From Tubiluchus corallicola (taxonomy: Eukaryota; Animalia; Priapulida), in assembly GCA_030141605.1 (NCBI GenBank), contig JAQGDQ010000246.1, forward strand, positions 62,001-126,000: a stretch of DNA of 64,000 nucleotides, written 5' to 3'. The notes beneath the pieces are model-generated. The model was not told where the DNA came from. It did not search any database and saw nothing but the letters and a program-made list of their open reading frames with translations. Below, piece after piece: positions 57,501 through 64,000 of the stretch (positions are counted from its first letter, which is position 1; every line of letters begins with the position of its first letter). The position numbers and the translations under genes are program-made.

Positions 57501-60500
57501 CACAATTCAACATGCAAGGGTTACTGTATGTGACACCATCGCTGCCACATTGTGGATTATATTCCCTCGTACATACACATGGTCGAATGCGATCCCTATC
57601 GCGGCATTCCCCTATGGAAACTCGGTTTAGGGATGGATTCTGTCTTCTGGCACAGTCTAACTCACAAGGATTTCCATACGTGACTCCATCACTGCCACAC
57701 TGAGGATTGTATTCCTGTGTACAAATACACAACTGTGGGACAGAGCAACAAACAGCTGGCATGTCTTGAACATCAGTGTTACATTCATATCCAGACGGAC
57801 ATGGGTGTTGTGAAGAACATGTCCTAGATCCAACGGATGAACTTTCGTCAGGTATTATATCACCTCCTCTACATGGATTGAATGGCTCCACTAATGAAAC
57901 AAAAGAATTTTATATGTACAATTAAATTTCATACAGTTATAACAGAAATTAACTATTGCTAATTGTCAAGAAAATCAATTATTATCTCTTAATTATGACG
58001 ATACTATTGAAACATTTATAGCTATTCACATTTCACAAATATTTTATTATAGTACCTGGTCCAACTTGTGGTTCAGCACATATCTTTCGACCTCTGCAAG
58101 CACCAGGTCCAGGACAACAAAGCTGACCAGATTCACAATCTGATTTGGAGTTACAAATGGCTTCATCTGGACAGAAAAACAAATTATTTAGATTCGGACA
58201 TCTTCCCTTCTCGCACTCGCCTACCGAAACTCTTGTAAGCTCTGGATTTTCTCTTCTGGCACAGTTCAACATACAAGGGTTACTGTATGTGACACCATCA
58301 CTGCCACATTGAGGATTATACTCTCTTGTACATATGCAAGGTCGTGCATGATCCCTGTCAGAGCATTCACCTACTGAGACTCGGGTAAGAGATGGGTTTT
58401 TTCTTCTCTCACAGTTAAATGTGCAAGGATTGCCATAAGTAACTCCATCACTGCCACACTGAGGATTGTATTCCTGTGTACATATACACAACTGTGGGAC
58501 AGAGCAGCAAACAGATGGCATGTCTTGAACATCAGTGTTACATTCATAACCAGATGGACAAGGGTTTTGTGATGAACATGTCCTTGATCCAACAGATGAA
58601 CTTTCATCAGGTATTATATCACCTCCTCTGCATGGATTGAATGGCTCAACTAACAAATCCAAAAAAAATTCTATTAACAAAATTAAAATAAATAAGACAA
58701 ATAAAACCAGAATCATCACTGCTGTAAAAAACAAAAATTAAATTGCCTCTTATACATGAAAACAGTAGAAGCACTTACAACTCAAATACATTTATGACTA
58801 TAAATATTAATACCTGGTCCAACTTGAGGTTCAGCACATATCTTTCGACCTCTGCAAGCACCAGGTCCAGGACAACAAAGCTGACCAGATTCACAATCTG
58901 ATTTGGAATCACAAATGGCTTCATCTGGACAGAAAAACAGACTGTCGAGATTCGGACAGCTTCCCTTCACACACTCGCCTACCGAAACTCTTGTAAGCCC
59001 AGGAATTTCTCTTCTGGCACAGTTCAACATGCAAGGGTTACTGTATGTGACACCATCGCTGCCACACTGTGGATTGTATTCCCTCGTACATATACACGGT
59101 CTATCAGGACTCATACTGATCACGGGTGCTGTAAGAAACAGTTATCTGCAGTTTTGTAATAGTTGTGCCAGTAATACAACATTGCAAAGTGAACTACATT
59201 TAAATTTGAAAATATATCAAAATGAAGGCAAACATAAACACAAACATAACACTAATCAAGCCAGAATAAAAAGCTAAAAAATTATAAGTTAAATAATAAT
59301 ATATAAATTAAAATTTGCCATGTAAATTAACTGGACGATTTAGCTTAGAAGAGCTTTATGTTGCAGCAATTACAAAACTGTGTGTTTATAAAGTTACAAC
59401 GCAAAATCAAAATTGCAAATTTACGAAAAAAGTGAGGGTGCATAAGTTACAATGCAAAATTTAAATAATAAGCCCTGTTTACACCGATAGACTCACTTAG
59501 TGTCTAGACCCAATTAACTGACTAAATCTATTAGCCGACCTTGTAGTATTACTAGTATAGAACTATGAGTCATCACACTTCAGTTCAGTATGCAATGCAG
59601 GCTACAAGAGCTTTAAATGTTACGTTTTTAAAATTTTTGAAAATTAACTCTCTGTTGCTCTATTATGTTTACGCTTGTAAATATCAAAGAGTACTAGCAG
59701 ATTACTGCCGCTATATCGAAGGCATAACAGCAACAGTTAAACTAATTAAACATTTCCTGAAAAACAAGCAAAAACTTCAGAAGGAAACTGATAGGCATGT
59801 GACTAAAAGTTTAACTTCCATAAATTCTTGGCCAAAGAGGTCAATTACGGAGGAAGTGCCAGTAATAGATTCAAACTAAGAACACTACTCTAGGATATTG
59901 GCACATGATAGACGTAAAGGTACTTAACATGATTGTTTCTTTGTATATATTATAGTACATAAAAGTGAAGTAAAGATGACAACATCTGTAATCACATGCA
60001 AATGCCTCATTTTAAATAAATATTTAGTCAATTATGCGGAGTTATACAAATTAATTGCCGACAGTTTTTACACACATTTGACTAAGAGTGGCCCGTACCA
60101 GGCATTTTTGAGTCAGTTACGCGAGTGATTCTATTAATTCATGAGTCTAATAAATGTCACCTACTGTGCTATAATACCTATTGTAATATTTATTTTTCCA
60201 CAGCAAACAAAATACAATTTACAAAATTTACTTAAAAACATTCAAATTCTACATGATAACACACAAGGTAAGTAATATTTTGTTTGGCTACTAGAATTGA
60301 AGAGGACCTTGTGCATACTGACAGAGAAGTGGAAAAGGGTTAGGCACACAAAACACCAGAAAGGTTAGTGATTAGAGGGAAGCTGAAGGTAGGATCAGTT
60401 AGTAGAACTAAAACTATCCTCTATAACTTTTTAACAATAGCGTTTTTTGTGATTTTGTCTCGTTGGAATGCCATCACTTTGTAGCTTAGTAGTAGGATGT

Positions 60501-63500
60501 TTCACAAACTATTGTTTATCATTAGTAATTCGAAAATAAGTAATTTGAATTTCTTTTTGAAACTAATGAGAGATTAAGCTTGTCTAATTTCTGTTGAAAT
60601 TTTATTCCAAAGTGTAGGACCAGTATACTTGATGAATTGTTTTCCTACATCCATTCTACAATAAGTCATTATATATGGTGTTATGAAGTTTGTTATGCTT
60701 TTTTACTGGATTATTAAAGGAAATGGGTTTAAAGGATGTTTGGTTTTATACATGTAAATGACCAGTTAAAATTTTACTAGCTTTTACAAGTCCACTGTTA
60801 GAATTATATTATCTTTAAAAAATCTGAGACTCAAGTGAATTGATATATAGTTCAATATAGCCGGTTCTATATTTTGCAGGTAGCACACAAATTTAAAAAA
60901 CAAAGAAACTATTAATTACTACCAGAAAAGAAGTAGCTAGGTCATAACTCCCGTGTTAGTGTTTAAAAATTACCGTGCACTAAACTTGATGTGACTTCGA
61001 TTTCATTCATAAAAATGGCAGGCAAACTTAAAGAATAGCAGAGTAAGTCTTTTACTTTGCATCAACCTCTCAACCAAATATAGTTAAGACTGTGTGCTCA
61101 AATGACAAAAACATACCAATCTGCGGCTTTTTGCATTTGCCGCTATGAAGCTTGTGCAGGTTGTGAACGTCTTTCTGGCTGCATTGCAACGTACACAGAT
61201 TAGCATACGTCTTGCCATCGCTTCCACATACGGGACTGTAAATCCGAGAACATCTGCATGCTGGTCTTAGGTTGGAAGCTTAGTAGTGCAGAACAAATAA
61301 AACAGAACAACAGTGTGTAGTTAGTAAAATGTAAACCACCACCAATACAAGAGGAAGATATAGAAAATCTAGGCCCAAAAACTTTTTTGTTAACTAAGTT
61401 CTTCAATTAACAAAGGTGAAAAACTGTTCAGTCAAGTGGGATAGTGTAGCGTGCACAATGTGACCAAATCACACAGAATGTCTTAAAACTGCACCTGCTG
61501 TTTCCCTGCTTTGGCATGTGGTAGTCATTTTTTCTCATAATTAGTTTCCTCATAAGTATAATGATTTTAGCATACCTATACAATGCAACTAAGTGCCTGC
61601 GAGTGACTTCAGGAAACTACTCCCACCCAATCCAAACACTTATTATTTATAGTTAACAAGAGAGCATTGGTTCCAAAGCTCTTCAAAAGCAAACTGAGCA
61701 CCCCTGTACATATTCACCATCAATTTTTTGCCAGAATGAAATCGCAAACTGTTAGCAACCATTTTTTTTCTCAAAGTAGTCCCTAAATCTGTACAGTATT
61801 AGCCAGAGCATGCCAGAAAGCATGCCACCACACAGGCCTTTGTTATTTGCAACCAGCAAAAAAGCAGTCAGTTTGCATTAAGTGGTCACGATGAAGAACT
61901 TAACTATTGACAATAACTTCATAAACATGTAATACTTAATGTCAAAACATATAATTTTTGTAGATGATACATTGCTAAAAATTAAAATCAGTAGTTAATC
62001 CAAATTCTACCTCGACTAGAAATCCTTTCTTTCCCATCAAATTGGACTTATATAATCTTGATTTTTGATATAAGTGTAATAAATGAATTTGCAACTGAGA
62101 CACAAACAGGTACGTTTTGTTTTGCACCCCAGAAAAGTTGATGCCCCTACGGGGAGACTAAAAAACAAAAGCATGCAAAACAAGAAAATGCATACCAGAT
62201 TTACATGAGCCACTATATGCAATTCTCAACTGGGGATCACTCACTGTAGCACAACGCAGTGTACAAGGATTGCTGTATGTTTTATCATCAGTGCCACACA
62301 CTTCATTAAGCTCCTTTGTGCAGCGGCAAATAGTATCTATTAGAGACAAGTTAAGTAACCATCACCAAAGTTAGTATATTGTAACCCCACAATAAACAAA
62401 AAAAGGAAAATGTTTTCATACAGTCAAACACAGGCAACAGGCTAACTGATAACAGTAAATGTGATGGGACACACATAAGCTAAAAGTTTGTTTATGTGGA
62501 AAAAGAAAAAACTGTCTTTGAAACTTACCTTCCTGCCTGCACTCTCCTCGATAGGCAGTTGTTAAAGATGGGTTATTTCTCTGTGCACACTCTAATGCAC
62601 ATGGATTACCGTAAGTTGTACCATCACTTCCACATACAGGATCATTGATCAGTGAACAAGGACAAACTGAAATAGAAATTACAAATATAACAGGTTTTTG
62701 CAGTAAGAAGCAATTTGCAAAAGTCCGTCTGCCTTATCACTGTTATTCAAAATTGCAGTAAATGACACAGTTTATTCAAAGTAAACAGTGTGCTAATTAC
62801 TACTAAATACTAAACTCGGATTAAACTTTCAAAAATTAAAATTTTAGCTAGGTAAACCAAAGATCAGGGAATTTAAATTACAATATTATAAATGTAAACT
62901 CAGTTGTAAGTAAGTATATTTGAAACTCCGTAAGGAAAACTGTCTTTGAAACTTACCTTCCTGCCTGCACTCTCCTCGATAGGCAGTTGTTAAAGATGGG
63001 TTGTTTCTCTGTGCACACTCTAAAGCACATGGATTACCGTAGGTTGTGCCATCGCTTCCACAAACAGGATCATAGATCGTAGTGCAAATACAAGGTTCAT
63101 CTGCCTGTATGCAAGCTCCCTGATGGGCAGTTGTCAAAGACGGATTGCTTTTTTGTATACATTGTAACAAGCATTCATTATCATAAGTTTTACCGTCACT
63201 TCCACACACAGGATCAAGGATCAATGGACATGGACATGGTTCAACTTCCTGTCTGCAAGCTCCCTGATGGGCAGTTGTCAAAGACGGATTGCTTTTTTGC
63301 ACACATTGTAACAAGCATTCATTATCATAAGTTTTACCGTCACTTCCACACACAGGATCAAGGATCAATGGACATGGACATGGTTTAACTTCCTGTGTGC
63401 ATGCACCTTGATGGGCGACTGAAATTGATGGACTGCTTCTTTGTGCACATTCCAGCGAGCATGCATTATCGTACGTTTTACCATCACTTCCACATACAGG

Positions 63501-63988
63501 ATCAAGTATCAATGGACATGGACACGGTTCTTGTTCAGGGGCTAAAATGGAAAAAATTGTTACGGTTACTATGACATTTGCTGAACTCAAACGTAAAATA
63601 ACAAAATGTGAATGTTTTACGAATTCCAACAGCTTATGAATGCAATGTTGAATCAGATGAGGAAACAATAACAAAGCATAATCACCTGTTACCGGAAAAA
63701 GAGAGCAATGGGCAGAGATAGAAATAAGTAATTTGAGTAGAACATTTTCTTAGGTGTTACCAAAGTGGATTAGCAATGCATACATTAGTGTTACACAAAA
63801 AACTATTTAATCAAACAAGCTATTTAATGTCAAAGAAAAAAGCAACATACTTTGACACTGGCCACGATGGGCAATTTCTAAAGATGGCATATCCTGCTGG
63901 CTGCATTCTAACTGACAAGGATTACTATATGTAACCCCATCTGTCCCACAGACTGGGTCGAGAATAAATCCACATGCACAAGGCTCAG
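1742..63988 (-). CDS. Giant multi-exon gene (5' truncated, 74 exons here): membrane-anchored Kazal/Kunitz/WAP/lustrin/thyroglobulin-1/SEA multidomain protein, papilin/lustrin-like
   Basis: Exons join in frame via GT-AG introns (mostly phase 1) from 63988 to TAG at 1742-1744; summed length 21071 nt is consistent with a continuous frame. Confidence 0.85.
2225..2437 (-). CDS. Exon: end of SEA-like region and transmembrane helix ([24 protein letters not shown])
   Basis: Hydrophobic 24-aa run in ORF 2195-2410; GTAAGC donor at 2224; TAG acceptor at 2440-2438 gives phase 0. Confidence 0.85.
2882..2962 (-). CDS. Exon: SEA-like domain part ([27 protein letters not shown])
   Basis: CAG acceptor, GTATAC donor, phase 0-0, GSIKV motif. 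Confidence 0.75.
3516..3579 (-). CDS. Exon: SEA-like domain part ([21 protein letters not shown])
   Basis: CAG/GTAAG boundaries, phase 2-0 fits neighbours. Confidence 0.75.
3958..4045 (-). CDS. Exon: SEA-like domain start ([28 protein letters not shown])
   Basis: TAG/GTGAGT boundaries, phase 1-2 fits neighbours. Confidence 0.75.
4592..4768 (-). CDS. Exon: thyroglobulin type-1 domain
   Basis: FVPTC...PVQC...CWCVD motif; TAG/GTAAG, phase 1-1. Confidence 0.9.
4894..5061 (-). CDS. Exon: unnamed 8-Cys module ([35 protein letters not shown])
   Basis: Hand translation; not in ORF track; TAG/GTAAAT, phase 1-1. Confidence 0.8.
5890..6057 (-). CDS. Exon: Kunitz domain (P1 Thr)
   Basis: [13 protein letters not shown] motif; CAG/GTACG. 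Confidence 0.9.
6546..6722 (-). CDS. Exon: Kunitz domain (GPCKG, P1 Lys)
   Basis: Hand translation [13 protein letters not shown]; AAG acceptor, GTGAG donor. Confidence 0.85.
7492..7653 (-). CDS. Exon: Kunitz domain (GPCKA, P1 Lys)
   Basis: Hand translation [13 protein letters not shown]; AAG acceptor, GTATG donor. Confidence 0.85.
8050..8286 (-). CDS. Exon: acidic/Pro linker plus Kunitz domain (P1 Asp)
   Basis: ORF 8033-8314, [11 protein letters not shown]; CAG/GTAAG. Confidence 0.9.
8575..9383. mobile_element. Putative non-autonomous DNA transposon (MITE, hAT-like ends)
   Basis: Imperfect inverted ends GGGTGAGCAAAC / GTTGATGCTCACTC with TCGAA-rich subterminal blocks at both ends. Confidence 0.4.
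9670..9753 (-). CDS. Exon: Thr/Glu/Pro-rich linker ([27 protein letters not shown])
   Basis: 84 nt, TAG/GTAAC, phase 1-1, mucin-like composition. Confidence 0.7.
10036..10218 (-). CDS. Exon: atypical Kunitz domain
   Basis: [13 protein letters not shown]; TAG/GTATA. Confidence 0.85.
10536..10721 (-). CDS. Exon: atypical Kunitz domain
   Basis: [13 protein letters not shown]; CAG/GTGGGT. Confidence 0.8.
11178..11618 (-). CDS. Array exon: lustrin-type + Thr-rich spacer + Kunitz (P1 Arg)
   Basis: 441 nt, phase 1-1; NPCRHGPP...SVCCP then GRCRG...[11 protein letters not shown]. Confidence 0.9.
11825..12160 (-). CDS. Array exon: lustrin-type + variant WAP
   Basis: 336 nt, phase 1-1, CAG/GT. Confidence 0.9.
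12405..12740 (-). CDS. Array exon: lustrin-type + variant WAP
   Basis: 336 nt, open on hand translation, CAG/GTAAG. Confidence 0.9.
13041..13376 (-). CDS. Array exon: lustrin-type + variant WAP
   Basis: 336 nt, CAG/GTATG. Confidence 0.9.
13674..14009 (-). CDS. Array exon: lustrin-type + variant WAP
   Basis: 336 nt within ORF 13660-14124. Confidence 0.9.
14355..14510. mobile_element. End of Tc1/mariner-pogo-like MITE (related to copy at 59474-60166)
   Basis: TA-CAGTA...ATAGACTCAC start; shares GACCCAATTAAC and ACTATGAGTCA blocks with 59486-59620. Confidence 0.45.
15464..15545. repeat. (AAT)n microsatellite
   Basis: Direct inspection. Confidence 0.9.
15678..16025 (-). CDS. Array exon: lustrin-type + Kunitz (P1 Arg)
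   Basis: 348 nt, phase 1-1, within ORF 15592-16083. Confidence 0.9.
16290..17317 (+). mobile_element. Possible decayed non-autonomous Helitron-like element
   Basis: Ends in imperfect hairpin then CTAG-T at 17314-17318; shares CCTTTC(A/G)TTTGATAT with the element at 36690-37445; left boundary uncertain. Confidence 0.35.
17426..17761 (-). CDS. Array exon: lustrin-type + variant WAP
   Basis: 336 nt, phase 1-1. Confidence 0.9.
18310..18645 (-). CDS. Array exon: lustrin-type + variant WAP
   Basis: 336 nt, phase 1-1. Confidence 0.9.
19583..19686. repeat. Intronic inverted repeat (hairpin)
   Basis: CATTTTAAATGATCTCT (19592-19608) pairs perfectly with AGAGATCATTTAAAATG (19660-19676), imperfect extension outward. 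Confidence 0.75.
20160..20495 (-). CDS. Array exon: lustrin-type + variant WAP
   Basis: 336 nt, phase 1-1. Confidence 0.9.
21430..21777 (-). CDS. Array exon: lustrin-type + Kunitz (P1 Arg)
   Basis: 348 nt, phase 1-1. Confidence 0.9.
21905..22240 (-). CDS. Array exon: lustrin-type + variant WAP
   Basis: 336 nt, phase 1-1. Confidence 0.9.
22452..22787 (-). CDS. Array exon: lustrin-type + variant WAP
   Basis: 336 nt, CAG/GTAAG; absent from ORF track. Confidence 0.9.
23596..23931 (-). CDS. Array exon: lustrin-type + variant WAP
   Basis: 336 nt, phase 1-1. Confidence 0.9.
24874..25221 (-). CDS. Array exon: lustrin-type + Kunitz (P1 Arg)
   Basis: 348 nt, near-identical to exon 15678-16025. Confidence 0.9.
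25824..26159 (-). CDS. Array exon: lustrin-type + variant WAP
   Basis: 336 nt, phase 1-1. Confidence 0.9.
26343..26681 (-). CDS. Array exon: lustrin-type + variant WAP
   Basis: 339 nt, phase 1-1. Confidence 0.9.
26780..27860 (+). mobile_element. Decayed Penelope-like retroelement (RT + GIY-YIG endonuclease remnants)
   Basis: Frameshifted motifs [28 protein letters not shown] (YVDD-like), [39 protein letters not shown]. Confidence 0.8.
28447..28782 (-). CDS. Array exon: lustrin-type + variant WAP
   Basis: 336 nt, phase 1-1. Confidence 0.9.
29133..29468 (-). CDS. Array exon: lustrin-type + variant WAP
   Basis: 336 nt, CAG/GTGAG. Confidence 0.9.
29692..30027 (-). CDS. Array exon: lustrin-type + variant WAP
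   Basis: 336 nt. Confidence 0.9.
30377..30712 (-). CDS. Array exon: lustrin-type + variant WAP
   Basis: 336 nt. Confidence 0.9.
31061..31396 (-). CDS. Array exon: lustrin-type + variant WAP
   Basis: 336 nt. Confidence 0.9.
31620..31955 (-). CDS. Array exon: lustrin-type + variant WAP
   Basis: 336 nt. Confidence 0.9.
32308..32643 (-). CDS. Array exon: lustrin-type + variant WAP (chimeric copy)
   Basis: 336 nt. Confidence 0.9.
32867..33202 (-). CDS. Array exon: lustrin-type + variant WAP
   Basis: 336 nt. Confidence 0.9.
33553..33888 (-). CDS. Array exon: lustrin-type + variant WAP
   Basis: 336 nt. Confidence 0.9.
34238..34573 (-). CDS. Array exon: lustrin-type + variant WAP
   Basis: 336 nt. 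Confidence 0.9.
34805..35140 (-). CDS. Array exon: lustrin-type + variant WAP
   Basis: 336 nt. Confidence 0.9.
36305..36643 (-). CDS. Array exon: lustrin-type + variant WAP
   Basis: 339 nt. Confidence 0.9.
36690..37445 (-). mobile_element. Non-autonomous Helitron-like element, probably young
   Basis: Minus-strand 3' end: hairpin CGCAAAA-TC-TTTTGCG (36703-36718) 9 nt before CTAG then T; GC/CpG-rich body in an AT-rich intron; (TA)n at the other end. Confidence 0.7.
37644..37982 (-). CDS. Array exon: lustrin-type + variant WAP
   Basis: 339 nt. Confidence 0.9.
38275..38607 (-). CDS. Array exon: lustrin-type + variant WAP
   Basis: 333 nt. Confidence 0.9.
38886..39218 (-). CDS. Array exon: lustrin-type + variant WAP
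   Basis: 333 nt. Confidence 0.9.
39361..39717 (-). CDS. First and most divergent array exon: lustrin-type + variant WAP
   Basis: 357 nt, CAG/GTATG. Confidence 0.85.
40244..40426 (-). CDS. Exon: single variant WAP (RPGTCP...KCCAAPGAC...VC)
   Basis: Hand translation, 183 nt, 8 Cys. Confidence 0.85.
40541..40723 (-). CDS. Exon: unnamed 8-Cys module
   Basis: [20 protein letters not shown]...VVDC; 183 nt. Confidence 0.85.
41278..41442 (-). CDS. Exon: degenerate Kunitz domain
   Basis: Six Cys with WYFN..C..C..NANSF..C..C, but YGGC replaced by FELC. Confidence 0.85.
41861..42016 (-). CDS. Exon: unnamed 8-Cys module
   Basis: [21 protein letters not shown]...LANC; 156 nt. Confidence 0.8.
42450..42635 (-). 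CDS. Exon: C-terminal part of thyroglobulin type-1 domain
   Basis: DVPTC..G.YESLQC..WCWCVD; lacks first Cys. Confidence 0.85.
42794..43741 (-). CDS. Exon: six tandem canonical WAP (four-disulfide core) domains
   Basis: 948 nt open frame; KPGxCP...CxxDx[11 protein letters not shown] motifs; second copy lacks Cys1. Confidence 0.9.
44352..44417 (-). CDS. Small exon: probable N-terminal helix of thyroglobulin-1 domain ([21 protein letters not shown])
   Basis: 66 nt, TAG/GTAAA, phase 1-1, single Cys. Confidence 0.65.
44566..44724 (-). CDS. Exon: unnamed 8-Cys module
   Basis: [31 protein letters not shown]; 159 nt. Confidence 0.85.
45165..45361 (-). CDS. Exon: thyroglobulin type-1 domain, C-terminal part
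   Basis: PLQC...CWCVNATG...PDC; phase 2-1. Confidence 0.85.
46058..46259 (-). CDS. Exon: lustrin-type second half + thyroglobulin-1 first half
   Basis: Hand translation [26 protein letters not shown]...LCASV...VFVPG; phase 1-2. Confidence 0.85.
46501..46626 (-). CDS. Exon: Pro-rich linker + lustrin-type first half
   Basis: FCPRGLQPL; CAG/GTGCG, 126 nt. Confidence 0.75.
46932..47093 (-). CDS. Exon: lustrin-type Cys-rich domain
   Basis: NPCREGTPL...CPLGFEC...SVCCP. Confidence 0.9.
48906..49085 (-). CDS. Exon: Kunitz domain (P1 Arg)
   Basis: GPCRQ...[11 protein letters not shown]. Confidence 0.9.
50305..50533. repeat. About 110-bp direct duplication ending in (TA)n
   Basis: TATACTAGTAGATCTAG...GTAAGACTATATA occurs at 50305 and 50414. 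Confidence 0.85.
50780..51145 (-). CDS. Exon: two Kunitz domains (both P1 Arg)
   Basis: ORF 50772-51155; TAG acceptor; weak GTCGCT donor or read-through to TAG at 50774-50772. Confidence 0.85.
51340..51900 (-). mobile_element. Decayed RTE-like LINE 3' fragment
   Basis: Broken minus-strand motifs [48 protein letters not shown] resembling an RTE ORF C-terminus. Confidence 0.65.
52601..52744 (-). CDS. Exon: lustrin-type Cys-rich domain
   Basis: Hand translation [25 protein letters not shown]; 144 nt. Confidence 0.85.
53966..54136 (-). CDS. Exon: Kunitz domain (P1 Asn)
   Basis: Hand translation [21 protein letters not shown]; 171 nt. Confidence 0.85.
54355..54528 (-). CDS. Exon: lustrin-type domain
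   Basis: NPCRGGD...CPAGYEC...AVCCS; 174 nt. Confidence 0.9.
54704..55297 (-). CDS. Exon: lustrin-type + 2 Kazal + variant WAP
   Basis: 594 nt; [14 protein letters not shown] motifs. Confidence 0.9.
55473..56069 (-). CDS. Exon: lustrin-type + 2 Kazal + variant WAP
   Basis: 597 nt. Confidence 0.9.
56678..57121 (-). CDS. Exon: lustrin-type + 1 Kazal + variant WAP
   Basis: 444 nt. Confidence 0.9.
57297..57890 (-). CDS. Exon: lustrin-type + 2 Kazal + variant WAP
   Basis: 594 nt. Confidence 0.9.
58056..58649 (-). CDS. Exon: lustrin-type + 2 Kazal + variant WAP
   Basis: 594 nt. Confidence 0.9.
58814..59128 (-). CDS. Exon: Kazal + variant WAP
   Basis: 315 nt. Confidence 0.9.
59474..60166. mobile_element. 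Putative Tc1/mariner-pogo-like MITE
   Basis: Left GATAGACTCAC and right ATGAGTCTA...CCTACTG form imperfect inverted ends; left arm homologous to 14355-14510. Confidence 0.45.
60520..60850 (-). mobile_element. Decayed CR1/L2-like LINE 3' fragment
   Basis: Minus strand [37 protein letters not shown], resembling a CR1/L2 ORF2 C-terminus. Confidence 0.6.
61117..61278 (-). CDS. Exon: Kazal domain (P1 Arg)
   Basis: Hand translation [22 protein letters not shown]; AAG acceptor, GTATG donor. Confidence 0.85.
62196..62336 (-). CDS. Exon: Kazal domain (P1 Lys)
   Basis: [22 protein letters not shown]. Confidence 0.9.
62529..62666 (-). CDS. Exon: Kazal domain (P1 Leu)
   Basis: Hand translation [22 protein letters not shown]; 138 nt. 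Confidence 0.9.
62957..63541 (-). CDS. Exon: four Kazal domains (P1 Leu, Leu, Leu, Thr)
   Basis: ORF 62886-63674; 138-bp internal tandem repeats. Confidence 0.9.
63851..63988 (-). CDS. Exon: Kazal domain (P1 Phe); gene continues beyond window
   Basis: [22 protein letters not shown]; CAG/GTATG. Confidence 0.9.
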
Positions 63989-64000
63989 CTGCAAACAAGC

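Noticed and set aside
1742-63988. Assigning the gene symbol papilin or lustrin A
   Set aside because: No thrombospondin, Ig or PLAC domains seen, and a TM anchor is present; only shared modules support the resemblance

Overview
AT-rich animal (invertebrate-like) genomic DNA. Almost the whole window is the 3' part of one giant minus-strand spliced gene. I traced 74 exons by hand using GT/AG boundaries and phase checks: about 21.07 kb of coding sequence, about 7,020 aa, with the 5' end and signal peptide lying beyond base 64000. The product is a type-I membrane protein built from protease-inhibitor-type disulfide modules. By my count it has 18 Kazal, 15 Kunitz/BPTI, 41 WAP-type, 41 lustrin-type Cys-rich, 3 thyroglobulin type-1 and 4 copies of an 8-Cys module I cannot name. 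These are followed by a SEA-like domain (GSIKV), a TM helix and a 31-aa cytoplasmic tail ending at the stop at 1742. The core is an array of 32 symmetric phase 1-1 exons (lustrin+WAP or lustrin+Kunitz) with recent higher-order duplication and chimeric exons. A six-WAP exon appears to be inserted inside a thyroglobulin-1 domain. Introns carry decayed Penelope, RTE and CR1/L2-like retroelement pieces, Helitron-like elements and MITEs. Domain calls come from motif recognition, not database searches, and splicing is inferred without transcript data.
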